This document shows positions 12,311 to 25,508 of a DNA stretch of 51,199 nucleotides, piece after piece. The position numbers and the translations under genes are program-made. Under the pieces are notes generated by a model, which was not told the origin of the DNA, did no database searches, and saw only the letters and a program-made list of their open reading frames with translations. How positions within the stretch are numbered: position 1 is the first letter of the stretch; every line of letters starts with the position of its first letter. Source of the DNA: Octopus sinensis (lineage: Eukaryota); NCBI RefSeq assembly GCF_006345805.1, contig NW_021834175.1, positions 1 through 51,199 of the forward strand. The letters run 5' to 3'.

Positions 12311-12567
12311 TTTATTTATGCGCCCTTTTCAAGTCTAGACAGGCTCATGGGCCCGGTTTCCCGGTTTCTGTGGCGTATGTGCCCCCACCCCAGCTAGACG
12401 GGACGCCAGTCCATCGCAGCGTTACTCATGAAACAGGAAGAGAGAGTGAGAGAAAGTTGGGGTGTAAAAGTACAACAGGGGTCGCCACCCTCCCCCCTGC
12501 CAGAGCCTCGTGGAGCTTTAGGTATTTTCGCTCAATAAACACACACAACTCCCAGTGTGCGCCTCCA
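12311..12567 (-). mobile_element. V-SINE-like element (family D) with deleted tRNA head
   Basis: Near-identical to 23306-23616 but lacking most of the tRNA-like segment; contains the V-domain-like gctgcgatggactggcgtcccgtc. Confidence 0.75.
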
Positions 12568-14059
12568 CATATATAAACTAATATTGTATATTAGTTGACA
12601 GGATATAATTGTTTCTAATTTAAGCCCAAGATCATCAATTTTGTAGGTAGGTGTTAGTCAATTACAGCGACCCTTGTAGGCAATTTGTACTTTATTTTAT
12701 CGACTTCGGAAGGATGGAACGCAAAGTTGACCTCGGAAGGATTCGAACTCAGAATTTAAACAGTCAAAGTGAATGCCGACGCTCTAACGAATCTGCCAAT
12801 CCCCCAAAGATATAATACATAAATATTTTATATATCACTTTACAGGATAGTATATCCTTAGATATTACTTATTATTTGCTGGATAGAAGGATTACAAATA
12901 TTACAGTTTGACAGATATACTAGATATCACTTGACAAGAAAGAATACAGAGGGATATTACATATCATTGGATAAGATACAGTAACTTGGGTAATTGAATA
13001 TTAGGCAAGATATGACTCGTAGCGATAGTACATGTTATCAGAAATGATAGAATGCCTGTTAATATTAGATACCGTTTTTCAGATTAGAATAGCTAGATAT
13101 ATTATACAGCATTTCATTGGACACATTATCTACAAGGTGGTGCTATTAAGTTAGACATTGCCTGGGCCTATACTAGCTGAAAACTATCAAAGTTATTACC
13201 TAAAGATGTTGCATTTCCATCATTTGACAAAATCTGATACTTAAGTATATTATACAATTAAAATATAATATATAGATTTATTTACAGTTTTAGATTTTGG
13301 TAAAGATGTAGTGGCTGGTTTAAATCGATCCCGGCACTCAACTGATACTTATTTTATCTATCATGGCAAAATTTGAACTCAGAATGTAAAGAGCTAGTAG
13401 AAATGACACGAAGCATTCTGGCCGCTGCGCTAACGATTCTGCCAGAGTAATACCTTCCGTATAGTTTTATAACAATAGAACACTTTACGTCTGAATTCCT
13501 TTCATGAGGAATTGATATTATCAAAGACTAAGTTATATTATCAAAGACTAAGTGTTGGTAACATTCTCAGAATTTTGAGCCGAGCTCTTTATTCAATCCA
13601 TGAAGAGGATAGTTCTGACTCTGTTGTCCATATGAGGGGTAATCTTACGTTATTCATCCTCAAACATTTTATGCCAGTTGGTTCTTCTACTTGAACGAAT
13701 GTACTCTTAACCCTGGAATTGAACTTGCAGCTAGTGGATAAACTGCATTTGTCAATATCTACTCAACACTTATATTCAGTATGTCGTCCCGTAGAACAAC
13801 ATGTTGATAAAGATTAGCAATTTTTACATCGGCCTTTTTCGCTTTATGTTACTTCTTGATTGAGTAAAGCCTGTCTTATGGTGCTAAGCTCTATGCAACC
13901 CAGATGCGTACCAATGAAAGCTGAAACCTTTAGGTTAGTAACTACTCTGCAAACATACAATCAGCTTCAAAGAATAGAGATTTAATGGTTAAGAATGTTA
14001 GTAAAAAACTGCCATGATCTCTCTATCTTACATTACAAGTATGACGCCAAACATTTCCT

Positions 14060-14390
14060 GAAGATCTGCAGTTCATAAGACACAAAGACATTGTCTACAC
14101 TTCGGGAGCTTCTCTTCTGAGCAAAGCCCCCTTCAGAGGATCGTGTATATTGTATCCCTGGTAATTGTGGCAGAGAATATATAATGTTGAGTCCAGTCGC
14201 ATATAACAAGTCAGAACACTGTGTGGAGTTGTAATCCATAAGGAGACAGGAAAATCAATAATGGCTGAGAGGAAGACAGGAACCACCAATTGTTGTGAAA
14301 TAAACTCAAGATAATATAGATAAAGAACGTCACTGGAAGTTATAACCATTGAAAAATCGGTACATAAGTTGGTCTTTAATAATCTGCTCA
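14060..14390 (+). pseudogene. Decayed Penelope-type GIY-YIG endonuclease fragment
   Basis: Frameshifted translation KTLSTLRELL..RVYCIPGNCGREYI..SEH..KSIMAE..HQ..KIIDKERHWK resembles the VYxIPCxCGxxYIG...EH...SxVAEH...E pattern. Confidence 0.5.
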
Positions 14391-14867
14391 ATAGCCTAAC
14401 ATAGAGATATAAGACGCCTTTAATATTAGAGCTTAAATCAGGAAAATGTTTATTAAATATCTTTTCGATACATATATCTATAGGAGTAAAATTACTTTAA
14501 TTATTTCTCTTTCTCTTGGTTACAAATGAATTACCAAAATGAAAATTAACGCTATCTGCATCAATTTCAAACGAAGAAAAAACACCAATATCTCAAGAGT
14601 GATTCAAAATGTCAGGACATTTTGTTATGTCTTGGGACAAAGCAGATCTTTACTTTTGTCCGAATTTGTGGAGTGAGTAGCGATTCTTCTGGTGACTATT
14701 ACCACGATAGACTATTATTCTCCTTTTTGCAGAATCCATTTGTTATCCTCTTATTGTGATTGAATTCAGAACTAAGCATCAGCTTAAATACACTGATATT
14801 TATACATTATCCTTATCAGATGAAAAGTTCATCCCACCACTTTTGTAAATGCATGGTGGGCAATATT

Positions 14868-15272
14868 TATTTCTTTATTGCCCACAGGGGGATAAACATA
14901 GAGGAGACAAAGAAGGACAAACAAAGGGATTAAGTCGATTATATCAACCCCAGTGCGTAACTGGTACTTATTTAATCGAGCCCGAAAGGATGAAAGGTAA
15001 AGTCGACCTTGGCGGAATTTGAAGTCAGAACGTAACGGCAGACAAAATACGTATTTCTATTTCTTTACTACCCACAAGGGGCTACACACAGAGGGGACAA
15101 ACAAGGACGGACGGATTAAGTCGATTATATCGACCCAAGTGCGTAACTGGTACTTAATTTATCGATGAAAGGCAAAGTCGACCTCGGCGGAATTTGAACT
15201 CAGAACGTAGCGGCAGACAAAATACCGCTAAGCATTTCGCCCGGTGTGCTAACGATTCTGCCAGCTCGCCGC
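14868..15272 (-). mobile_element. SINE family A dimer
   Basis: Two bodies with a junction at ~15051 and one head; the second body has a small internal deletion. Confidence 0.85.
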
Positions 15273-15389
15273 ATTGCGTGGTGAGCAATATTGAATCAAA
15301 CATTAATATACAAACCAAATACAAGTCTATTTTCAGTATTGAATTACCTTCATATGCACAACGTGCTTACCTTGAATGAGCGAGCCTCG

Positions 15390-15570
15390 AAACAATTGAT
15401 CTGTTAGAAATAACAACCAAATCTCCCAGTTACGTTTCACTGTTTTAAGCGCAAGTTCTTCAGTTGCCTTGCCAATATTGTCCAACCAGCTCATGACATT
15501 GTCCATCCATTGCGTTCTTTGCCTGCCTCTTGATCTACTATCCTCTTCTCTTCCTTCCACGCTAATGCTT
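15390..15570 (-). pseudogene. RTE-type LINE 3' relic
   Basis: Translation ...VEGREEDSRSRGRQRTQWMDNV... matches the RTE C-terminal GxRxRGRxxxxWxD motif. Confidence 0.6.
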
Positions 15571-16499
15571 TCCATACAAGCTATACATACATGTACATAT
15601 CTGGATTTGTCCTTTGACATTTTGTTGTATTTTTGTTACATTTGTTTTGTGTAGAAGCAGATTTTAATATGATACTCGTTTCTGTAACCCCCTTCCTTCT
15701 GCCGACATAATTAGAACCTCCTTTTATGTAACGAATTAAACTATTAAGAGTTTTGTACTTCAATCGCAGTTTTGCTATTTATACAATCTGTTAACATTTA
15801 TGCCTACAAAATCTAAACACAGCTTTATTTCATTATCTTAAATTACATTACTTATCTGCATTGAAAAATAATAAAAAAATACACATTAAAAAAACATCAA
15901 GAATCTATAGAAAATATATTGTATTGAACAAAGCACTCTAAAATCTTATTATTATTATTATTACTATTATTAATTCATTTAGTGATACATGTATTGTTGG
16001 TGATGTTTTTATATTATTATCTTCAATATTGTTATTGTACGAAACTTATCATTCTGAAGCCCTCCCTCCTTAGAAATAAAAAAAAAAAGTTTAAAAAAAA
16101 AAACTTTCTCAAAACACCGAATAAAAGAAACTAAAACAAATTTTTAACAATTACTCAGAATTATATTCTTTTTCAAAGCCATACGCCGTTCAAGGTCTTC
16201 CCTTATTTTTCGCTTGCATACAACAATCAACAACAATGGCGGTGAGGCAGCTTATTTTCTGTCACGTACCGGAACGCGTCCATTGTTACGTCTTGGTTTT
16301 CATATTGATATATTAACATAGACCCCCACCTCATGTACACATACACTCAAACAGGTACACACGCATACACACACTCGCACACATGTCTGTACACATATTC
16401 ATGCATGTAGACATACACATATGCATGTATACATATATATATACACACACACAAACATATATGTGTAGAATTCAAATTTTTTAATACAGACACACACAC

Positions 16500-16526
16500 A
16501 TACATAATTCAAATCCTATATATATA

Positions 16527-16602
<76 letters not shown>

Positions 16603-16671
16603 TAATATATATATATATGTTATTATATATATATATATATGTATATTATATATATATATATATATGTATAT

Positions 16672-16709
<38 letters not shown>

Positions 16710-16797
16710 TATGTATATTATATATATATATATTATGTATATTATATATATATTATATATATATATGTATTATATATATATATATATATATGTATAT

Positions 16798-16828
<31 letters not shown>

Positions 16829-17224
16829 TATATATTATATATATATATATATGCATATATATATATATATATATATGCATATATATAATATATATATATA
16901 TGTATATTATATATATATAACATATATATATATGCAATATATATATATATATATATGCATATATATATATATATTATATATGTATATTATATATATATAT
17001 ACATATATATATATGCATATGTATATATATATATGCATATGTATATATATATATGCATATGTATATATATATATATGCATATGTATATATATATATATGC
17101 ATATATATATATATATATATATATGCATATATATATATATATATATCTATATATATATATATGCATATATATATGCATATATATATGCATATATATATAT
17201 ATATATGCATATATATATATATAT
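16500..17224. repeat. Compound (TA)n microsatellite with atgcat/atgtat interruptions
   Basis: About 720 bp of TA repeat; it gives rise to the YI-repeat ORFs at 16595-17387. Confidence 0.95.
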
Positions 17225-19298
17225 AAGGAATTCCAGACGCGAGTTGATGTCCACAGCTTTGTGCGCCGTGTCCGGTTGGGTGCGCATTACCACGACTCGC
17301 CACCCACACCCAACGAAGTGGACGACTGCTTCACTGGCCTGGGCCGCCGACCATCCCCGTGGACGCCTGCCCCTGGCCAGATCCTAGCAGTGGATCTTTT
17401 CGCGGGCGCTTGTCAGCGTGCATTGGAGCGGTTCAACTTCTCCAGGCGCCAACGCCGCCTCAACATCTCCCCGGCTGAGCTCTTGGCTCTTCGTTCCCTC
17501 CAACGGCGCGCTGACATTATCATCAAACCGGCTGACAAGGGTGGAGCTGTAGTGGTGTGGCGCGCGGACCTCTATAAGGCCGAGGCTTTCCGCCAACTCA
17601 ATGACACCTCCTTCTATTCCCCTCTGCCCTCTAACCCCACACGTAGCTACCAACAGACGGTATCCTCTACTGTCCAAGACCTCATCTCGTCCTCCCGTCT
17701 CCCCCGCACCGCATCCAACCTAATTGTGCGAACCCCACGTACCCCCACCATTTACTTCCTCCCCAAAATCCACAAACCCAACAACCCTGGCCGCCCCATC
17801 GTCTCCGCCTGTAACTGCCCCACGGAGCTCATCTCTAAATATCTCGACCGTGTCCTTGCCCCCCTAATGGCATCTCTTCCCTCCCACATCCACGATACCA
17901 ACCATGCTCTCCGGCTTTTCAACTCTTTCTCCTTTCCTCCCGGCTCCTCCAAAATCCTTTTTACTATGGACATCCAAAGCCTCTATACTGTTATATCTCA
18001 CCACGAAGGACTGCAGGCCCTTCGACACTTTCTTGACCTCCGCTCTAACCCTGTACCTGACACCTCCACACTCATTCGTCTGGCCGAACTTGTCCTCACT
18101 CTGAACTGCTTCTCGTTCGCGGGCGAGTTCTACCATCAGAACGCGAATGGGCCCCAACTATGCGAACCTGTTCGTTGGCTATGTTGAGGCCCAAATATTC
18201 TCTAATTTCACTGGTCCCACTCCTGAACTATATGGTCGTTATATTGACGACATTATCGGTGCCACCTCACTCTCCCGCGAACATCTAGATTCCTTCCTCT
18301 CTTTCGTCCAATCTTTCCATCCAGCCCTCCACTTCACTTCCACTATCTCCAACACCTCTGTCTCCTTCCTCGACATTTCGGTTAGCATTCTTCACTCCAC
18401 TCTTACCACCTCCATTCACTACAAACACACAGACTCACACTCATACCTCAACTTCTCTTCCTCCCACCCAGAACACACCAAGCTTTCCATCCCCTATTCC
18501 CAATTCCTCCGTCTACGTAGGCTCTGTAGTGACGACCATGACTTTGAGACTCAGTCTCAACGTATGGCTCACCACTTCACCCTACGTGGATACCCCCTCA
18601 CCACTATCCACACCGCCCTTGCCAGAGCACGGTCCGTGGACCGTGTATCTGCTCTCTCTCCCCGAACCCGACCTGTAGTCTGCCGCCTCCCTTTTCCCCT
18701 CACTTACCACCCCACGACCCTACGTCTCCAACGCACCATTATTCGAGCTTTCCGTCATCTCCAGTCCGACCCGTCCACTTCACACCTCTTCCCTAACCGA
18801 TCCCTCCCCTCTTTCAAACGAGCCCACAACCTTCGAGACCTTTTGGTCCATAGCTCCTTCCCTGACCCTACCTCCCAACCCGGCTCGTTCCCCTGCTCCC
18901 GCCCACGTTGCCGCACTTGCCCTTACCTCTCCAACACCACCCGCCTCACTAGCACCCACCATCGACCCTATCCCATCATCCACTCCTTCACCTGCACCTC
19001 CAGCAATATTATCTATTGCATCTCTTTCTCTCTCTGCAATTCCTTGTACATCGGACAAACGGGACGCCGCTTGGCTGACCGGTTCGCGGAACACCTTCGT
19101 GACATCCACCTTGCGAACGACACACCGGTCTCACGCCATTTCCGCTCCACCGGTCACTCCTTGCAACACCTATCTGTGTTCGGTTTGTCCTTACACAGAG
19201 GCCATCCGGATTCCCGTTTGCGCCGTGAACAGGAATTAATCTTCTCTCTTCGCTCTTATACGCCATTTGGTCTCAACTCTCCCCCCCTCCTCATCTAA
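17225..19298 (+). pseudogene. PLE1 reverse transcriptase-GIY-YIG endonuclease ORF (frameshifted)
   Basis: Track ORFs 16955..18187 (real part from 17225) and 18147..19298 join across a short deletion that removes the expected GVAMG motif. Confidence 0.9.
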
Positions 19299-19559
19299 CC
19301 TCACCCCCCTCCTCACCTATCCTTTCTCCCCCCCGACCCCTACTTCTTCAGTCCTTCATCCTTTCACCCCTACTCCCCTTCCCTTCTTCCCTCTTTCTCC
19401 CTCCCTCTTCCCCTTCCCTCTTCTTCCCCTCCCCTTCTCTCCCCCCTCTTCTCCCCCTCCCCTCTTCTCCTCACTACACCACATGACTTTACACATCACA
19501 TCACATATGATGTGCCATACTAATACACACACCAACTAATACATACTAATACGTACTAA

Positions 19560-19840
19560 TACATACTAGTACATACTAATACTTACACCAACCCTATACA
19601 TACACACGTCCAGACCCCGCATACGCACTTATACTCTCTCACACACACACACACACACACCTATACATACCAATACGTACTAATACATACTAATACATAC
19701 ACCAACCCCATACATACGCACGTCCAGACCAATCTTACGCACTAATACTCTCTCATACACACACACACACACCCTTATACATACTAATACATACACCAAC
19801 CCTATACATACACACATCCAGACCCCTCCCACGCACTTTT
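19560..19840 (+). repeat. Three degenerate ~110-bp tandem units in the PLE1 3' region
   Basis: caaccc(t/c)atacatac.cac.tccagacc recurs at ~19589, ~19703 and ~19797. Confidence 0.7.
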
Positions 19841-20009
19841 AGCTGGTCCCTCAACCCTTTTATCAACCCTATTATCTCCCCTTATTTCGCTCTCGCGTCT
19901 CATGTTTGATCTTTGACCTCTGGCCGAAATCAGATCGCCATGTTGATTCGTTAGCTACTGCACGCATTTTTTTTCTCTCCTTCTTTCTGTGTTTTTCTCT
20001 CTCTGTGTA

Positions 20010-20047
20010 TCTTTCTGTTGAAGAGCGTGGGCTCGAAACGTTAAAGA
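20010..20047 (+). ncRNA. Minimal type I hammerhead ribozyme-like motif (variant core)
   Basis: UCUUU-CUGUUGA-A-GAGC(GUGG)GCUC-GAA-ACGU-U-AAAGA: stem I UCUUU/AAAGA, stem II GAGC/GCUC, palindromic ACGU stem III. The core deviates from CUGANGA at A6. Confidence 0.65.
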
Positions 20048-20145
20048 CTTGTTTTATTTATATTTCCTGAGCGCCATACTAATACAATTGTTCGTTTGTT
20101 TTCCACCTGCCTTCGTCTTTTGTTTATTTTCATAAAGCTTCCCGT

Positions 20146-20204
<59 letters not shown>

Positions 20205-20688
20205 CATATATATATGCATATAACTTAAATCCTATCATGTATATGTATATACATATCTATAGCTATATCTATACATGCATACGCACACAGAGTGATACAT
20301 ATGCTATATATCCGCAGCAAATCACACACACACACACCACACACACACGTACACACACAAACACATGTGTTTGAAGAACGATACTCTCCTATCAGTAAAG
20401 TATATTATGGCAGTTCTCTCCTCCATTTCTATAGACAAAAAAATAGAACAATATGAAATTTGAAATGAAATTAGAGATGGAATCTATAAATAATGACAGG
20501 AATATAATCGTATGCACTTTTAAAGATTGGCTGGAAACGAACCCTGACGAACCAGGTAAATAAGAAAACAAAAATAATAATCCCCAAAATAGAGCGAGGA
20601 AAGAACAACAAAAATATGAAGAAAATAAAAGTTACAATGGAAATTGAAAGAATTGAAGTTTAGGATGAATTAATCTCAAATAATATAC

Positions 20689-21420
20689 ATTGGTTCGATT
20701 CAGGTGGCGTGTTAGCGCGTCGGACATTTGCTTAGCGATATTTCTTCCTGCACTTTACCTTCTAAATTCAATTTCTGTCGAGGTCAACTTTTCCTTTCAT
20801 CCTTCGTGGGTCGAGAAAATAAGTAACATTTGAGAACTGGAGTTGATTTAGTAGGTGTATGAGTGGCTGTGTCGTAAGTAGCTTGCTTACGAACCAAATG
20901 GTTCCGGGTTCAGTCCCACTGCGTGGCACTTTGGGCAAGTGTCTTCTACTATAGCCTCGGGTCGACCAAAGCCTTGTGAGTGGATTTATTAGACGGAAAC
21001 TGAAAGAAACCCGTTGTATATATGTATGTATATATATGTGTGTATATATGTTTGTGTGTCTATGTTTGTCCCCCCAACATCGTTTCACAACCGATGCTGG
21101 TGTGTTTACGTCCCCCATAACTTAGCGGCTCGGCAAAGAGAGACCGATAGAATAGGTACTAGGCTTACAAAGAATAAGTCCCGGGGGCGATTTGCTCAAC
21201 TAAAAGGCGGTGCTCCAGCATGGCCACATTCAAATGACTGAAATAAGTAAAAGAGTATTGGTTCGATTCAGGTGGCTTGGTTAGCGCGTCGGACATATTG
21301 CTTAGCGATATTTCTTCCTGCACTTTACCTTCTAAATTCAAATTCTGCCGAGGTCAACTTTTCCTTTCATCCTTCGTGGGTCGAGAAAATAAGTACCATT
21401 TGAGAACTGGAGTTGATTTA
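20689..21420 (+). mobile_element. SINE family B (20851-21256) flanked by a 162-164-bp direct duplication of a family A relic
   Basis: 20689-20850 and 21257-21420 are near-identical and abut the SINE B ends. Confidence 0.9.
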
Positions 21421-22027
21421 ACCAACCATTCCGCTTCTGTCGCCTTATTATCAACTCTGAACTCATGGAGCATTGTATGCCTTAAATGCTTTGTGGAGAC
21501 GTCTATCTTTAAGAAGACCAAAGCAGTAACTGATTTTTCTAATTCACGCTGCAACGATGTAAAATACTACTTTACAACGAGGTCATGGTTATATGTACTG
21601 GTGATGTAAAGTATTTTAAAATAACAAAGCTATCCAACATACAGATATTAAATTTCAGACATGATGGATGGGAATGACCTAATAAAATACTGCAGAGTGC
21701 AATCAAAAGTTACCATTATATTTTGTGGTCTACGAAGAGTTCTTCGTGAATGTCGTAAGCTATCTCGTTAAAAAGATTATACATCGCTGGTCTAAACCTT
21801 ATGAATCAGACATTTTGCATTGCAGCCATGCAGAAGCCTAAAGGATTCCAGTGCTTGACTGCTACTTATTTTATCGATCTCGATAGGATGAGAGGCGAAG
21901 TTGACCACGACAGCATTTGAACACAGAACCTAAGGAGTCAAAAGAAATACTCTTTTAATTTTTTACTCTTTTATTTGTTTCAGTCATGTGACTGTAGCCA
22001 TGCTGGAGCACCGCCTTTAGTCGAGCA

Positions 22028-22204
22028 GCTCAACAAACTCCCTTGCAGTGTTAACGTGGGAGAACTTCAGAAAATAGTGTTGCTAGGTTCCGCACACATT
22101 TTATGCCGTGTACTCTCCATGAGATGAGAACCTGCTGTGACCCTAGGATCAAGGGATGACCCCAGTTCAGCAGAAGTTAATGGACCATATTTTATTTTAA
22201 AATG

Positions 22205-22250
<46 letters not shown>
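22028..22250 (+). mobile_element. R4/Dong-type (RLE) LINE 3' end with (AAT)n tail
   Basis: Translation LNKLPCSVNVGELQKIVLLGSAHILCRVLSMR* matches the RLE C-terminal LQKxxLLGTAHIL motif, followed by a short UTR and (aat)n. Confidence 0.8.
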
Positions 22251-22254
<4 letters not shown>

Positions 22255-22295
22255 GATGATGATAACATCAATGATGATGATGATGATAATAATAA

Positions 22296-22860
22296 TATAT
22301 GCCCTGATGCAGTACCAGACAATAGCTCACATGGCTCCTGATCTTAACTGATTGGAAGTATTGTACATTGTTTTGTCTTGGTATAAAAGATGGGCTACAG
22401 CAAATACTCTGCTCAATACCACAGATTTGCCTGTCAGTTGTTTGACCATAACCAGTTGAGCATGTCTCTTAGTGACTGACGATATGTGCATCTCTGATCA
22501 CGAGCAGAAGTAGTGGGGGAGCATCATAGCCACGTGTTGAAAGGAATTCTTAGAGGTTTGGCTAATTCAGCTTTGGAAACATGGGTGTTTCGTTCAACAT
22601 CCTTAAACAACGCTTATTCAGGGACCTTTTGATCGGGATGGGCTACTTGACCAGAAGAAAATTCTAACAGGGCCCCACCTGCAAGGTCATGTGCTGTTTA
22701 TCTTGATATGAGATCACCATGTCGGGCACATATGGTTGTGATGCATGTGCCTGGTGAACCCTTATCAAGCGCGTAGTTATGATGGGTATACTGCGCTTCG
22801 TATATTTTACCCCAGTATCACTTTGATGGCATGCACTAATCTCTCACTTAGCAATGCTAA
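22296..22860 (+). mobile_element. Unclassified retroposon-like segment embedded in (AAT)n
   Basis: About 560 bp of higher-complexity sequence flanked on both sides by (aat)n/(gat)n, with no recognisable ORF; possibly a LINE 3'UTR. Confidence 0.35.
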
Positions 22861-22867
22861 TAATAAT

Positions 22868-22905
<38 letters not shown>

Positions 22906-23305
22906 TGACGATGATAGTTTCAAATTTTTCCACAAGGGCAACAGGTTTGGGGGAGGGGATGAGACGAATACATCGACCCCAGTGCTCAACTGGTACTTAT
23001 ATTATCAACCCAGACACACATATGACTCTCAAACACACACATATATATAAGTAGATCAGTTAAGTGGCCTGTTGCTCCTGATTTTCTACAGTGTTTCTCA
23101 AACAACTCATCACTGGCTCAGTGCATTGTGAAGAAACTATGGCAATACAAGTAGCCAGCAGGTGAAAGAAGTTATTTACAACGGCTAAGTTGTTAGATCT
23201 TAGCAAAGCATTGTCACTTACAGTTGGTTTAACATTAGAAAAGAAACGGTAGCAAACATCGCCAGTAAAATTTATGCACGATGTATAATAGCATACTTTT
23301 TAAAT

Positions 23306-23616
23306 TTTTTTATGCGCCCTTTTCAAGCCTATCCAGGTTCATGGGCCCGGTTTTCCGGTTTCTGTGACGTATGTGTTCCCCCCAGCTGGACGGGACGCCA
23401 GTCCATCGCAGCGTTACTCAACAAACAGGAAAAAAAGAGTGAGAGAAATTTAGGGCGAAAGAGTACAACAGGGGTCGCCACCCCCCCCTGCTGGAGCCTC
23501 GTGGAGCTTCAGGTGTTTTCGCTCAATAAACACACACAACGCCCGGTCTGGGAATCGAAACCGCGATCCTCCGACCGCGAGTCCGTTGCCCTAGCCACTG
23601 GTCCATTGCGCCTCCA
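23306..23616 (-). mobile_element. V-SINE-like element (family D), full length
   Basis: Minus-strand tRNA-like head ggcgcaatggaccagtggctagggcaacggactcgcgg...ggtttcgattcccagacc, then V-domain-like gctgcgatggactggcgtcccgtccagctgggg and an A-rich tail. Confidence 0.8.
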
Positions 23617-24172
23617 CATAATAGTATACACATACTTGTTAGTTTGTATTATAAATTTAGGACAAACTATAAATACTCATATACCGAATGGTAAAATTGT
23701 ATCTGAACAATATTTATTCTTAGAAAATTTAGAAATCTGAGACAAAAATTGCTTTTGTACGTATTTCATACAATATACGACAGCTGAGATGTTTGGCTGT
23801 GACAATTGAGTTATCCAAGTATTTACTATCCAATTATCTACACATTTATTATTCAATTATGCACCATCCAGCTGCACTCCATCCAATTACATAGTTACAT
23901 GTTATCCAATTATATGTAGTTATCCAATTGTATAATATCCCTTTATGCAATCAGTGGCTAACTGATTATATATATATTAGCGTTCTAATTAAACAAGTAA
24001 ATGTTATCCAGTGATCTTGTTTTAGAATAATATTCTGTTATAATGGCGGCAGGATCTAAATTTCGAGTTATAAATATTATTCACTAATATTACCATCCAT
24101 CGATAAGACAATAATGTAGTTAGGCATAACGAGATGATTGACTTAAAACTCTTTTCAAATGGAATTTTGTAA

Positions 24173-24204
<32 letters not shown>

Positions 24205-25021
24205 TCACACATACATACATACATACATACATAGATACACAAATGCTCATGCTTGCAAATACACATAAGCTCACGCACACACACACACACACACACACAG
24301 AGGCAAAAGCGTTCGCAACAGCCACATAGACACTAACAGTTTTGTACATTCAGACTACGCAAAATGACAATAGCTTTGGTTTCTATATATTATTTGAAAT
24401 AGCGCGCGCGTGTGTGAGAGAGAGTGAGAAAGAGAGATGGAGAGAGGGAGAGGGAGAGAGAGAGAGCTCTATGAAATATATGATAAACCTCTGTAAAAGC
24501 AAATCCATACCGCTATGTCGGCTCTTGTTCACTTCACTTTTATGTACAAAGCTATTAGACAGGCAGCTTCCACGATCATCTTGTTAAATTTGTGACTATT
24601 CCACCGATGAGAAACGTAAAAATCTTTTGTATTTTATATTGTATTGTTTATCATTAACTTATTTCGGTCATTAAACTCGCGGCCATGCTGGGGGCACTAC
24701 TTTGAAGGTTTTAGTCGAACAAATCGACTCCAGCACTTTATTTTTTTCTCAGATCTGGCACTTATTCTAGTGGTTTCCTTTGCCAAACCGCTAAGTTATG
24801 GAGATGTAAAAAAACAGCAACAACAACAACAACAACACTGGCTGGTGAATGGCAATCGAAACACAAACACAAACACGTTACACGCACGAATGTTTGTGTA
24901 AAGCGTCGGAAATTGTCATGACATTTGCCCATAACTGATGAGGGACGAGCTTGTTCACATTATCTCAGTATGTTTTCCTGTTTTCTCTACGTTCCTTCGA
25001 CATCATCTTGTGCTGGATTTT

Positions 25022-25045
25022 TTATTACTACTATTGCTGCTGCTG

Positions 25046-25108
<63 letters not shown>

Positions 25109-25137
25109 ATACTAATACCACCACCACCACCACCACC

Positions 25138-25180
<43 letters not shown>

Positions 25181-25185
25181 TTTTT
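25022..25185. repeat. Compound (ACT)n/(ACC)n trinucleotide microsatellite
   Basis: Direct reading; explains the poly-T/L/V ORFs at 24925-25321. Confidence 0.95.
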
Positions 25186-25268
25186 TCTTTATTGCCCACA
25201 AGGAGCTAAACATAGAGGGGACAAACAAAGACAGACAAAGGGATTAAGTCGATTATATCGATCCCAGT

Positions 25269-25319
<51 letters not shown>

Positions 25320-25508
25320 GAGTGTATTTTTACCTTGTTAACAATTAACACGGAAAAATAAATAAATAGTTACCAGGGCAGCAAAAATCTCACAAGTAAA
25401 GATGTTGTAACTCCTTGTTTATAAAGGTTGAAACTTCGTGTTTACGTTGAATATTTTGAATAATATGAATAAAAAATGGAGTTAACGCAGGTTTAAACAA
25501 GTATTTTT

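Larger units (their letters stand above)
17225..20148 (+). mobile_element. Penelope-like element 1 (PLE1): 5'-truncated RT + GIY-YIG, C-rich, with long 3' region
   Basis: Coding region 17225-19298 is split by one frameshift at ~18140. RT motifs: [52 protein letters not shown] region: CSRPRCRTC, NIIYCISFSLCNSLYIGQTGRRLADRFAEH. Flanked by (TA)n on both sides. Confidence 0.92.

Noticed and set aside
16595-17387. Long YI-repeat ORFs (also at 3347-3710, 8052-8427, 33297-33800, 35138-35935, 37626-38026, 41188-41875)
   Set aside because: (TA)n and (TATC)n microsatellites lack stop codons in these frames; there is no protein signal.
23540-23616. tRNA-like sequences (also 88-160 and family A/B heads)
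   Set aside because: They are SINE heads continuing into SINE bodies, with no complete cloverleaf or acceptor stem supported.
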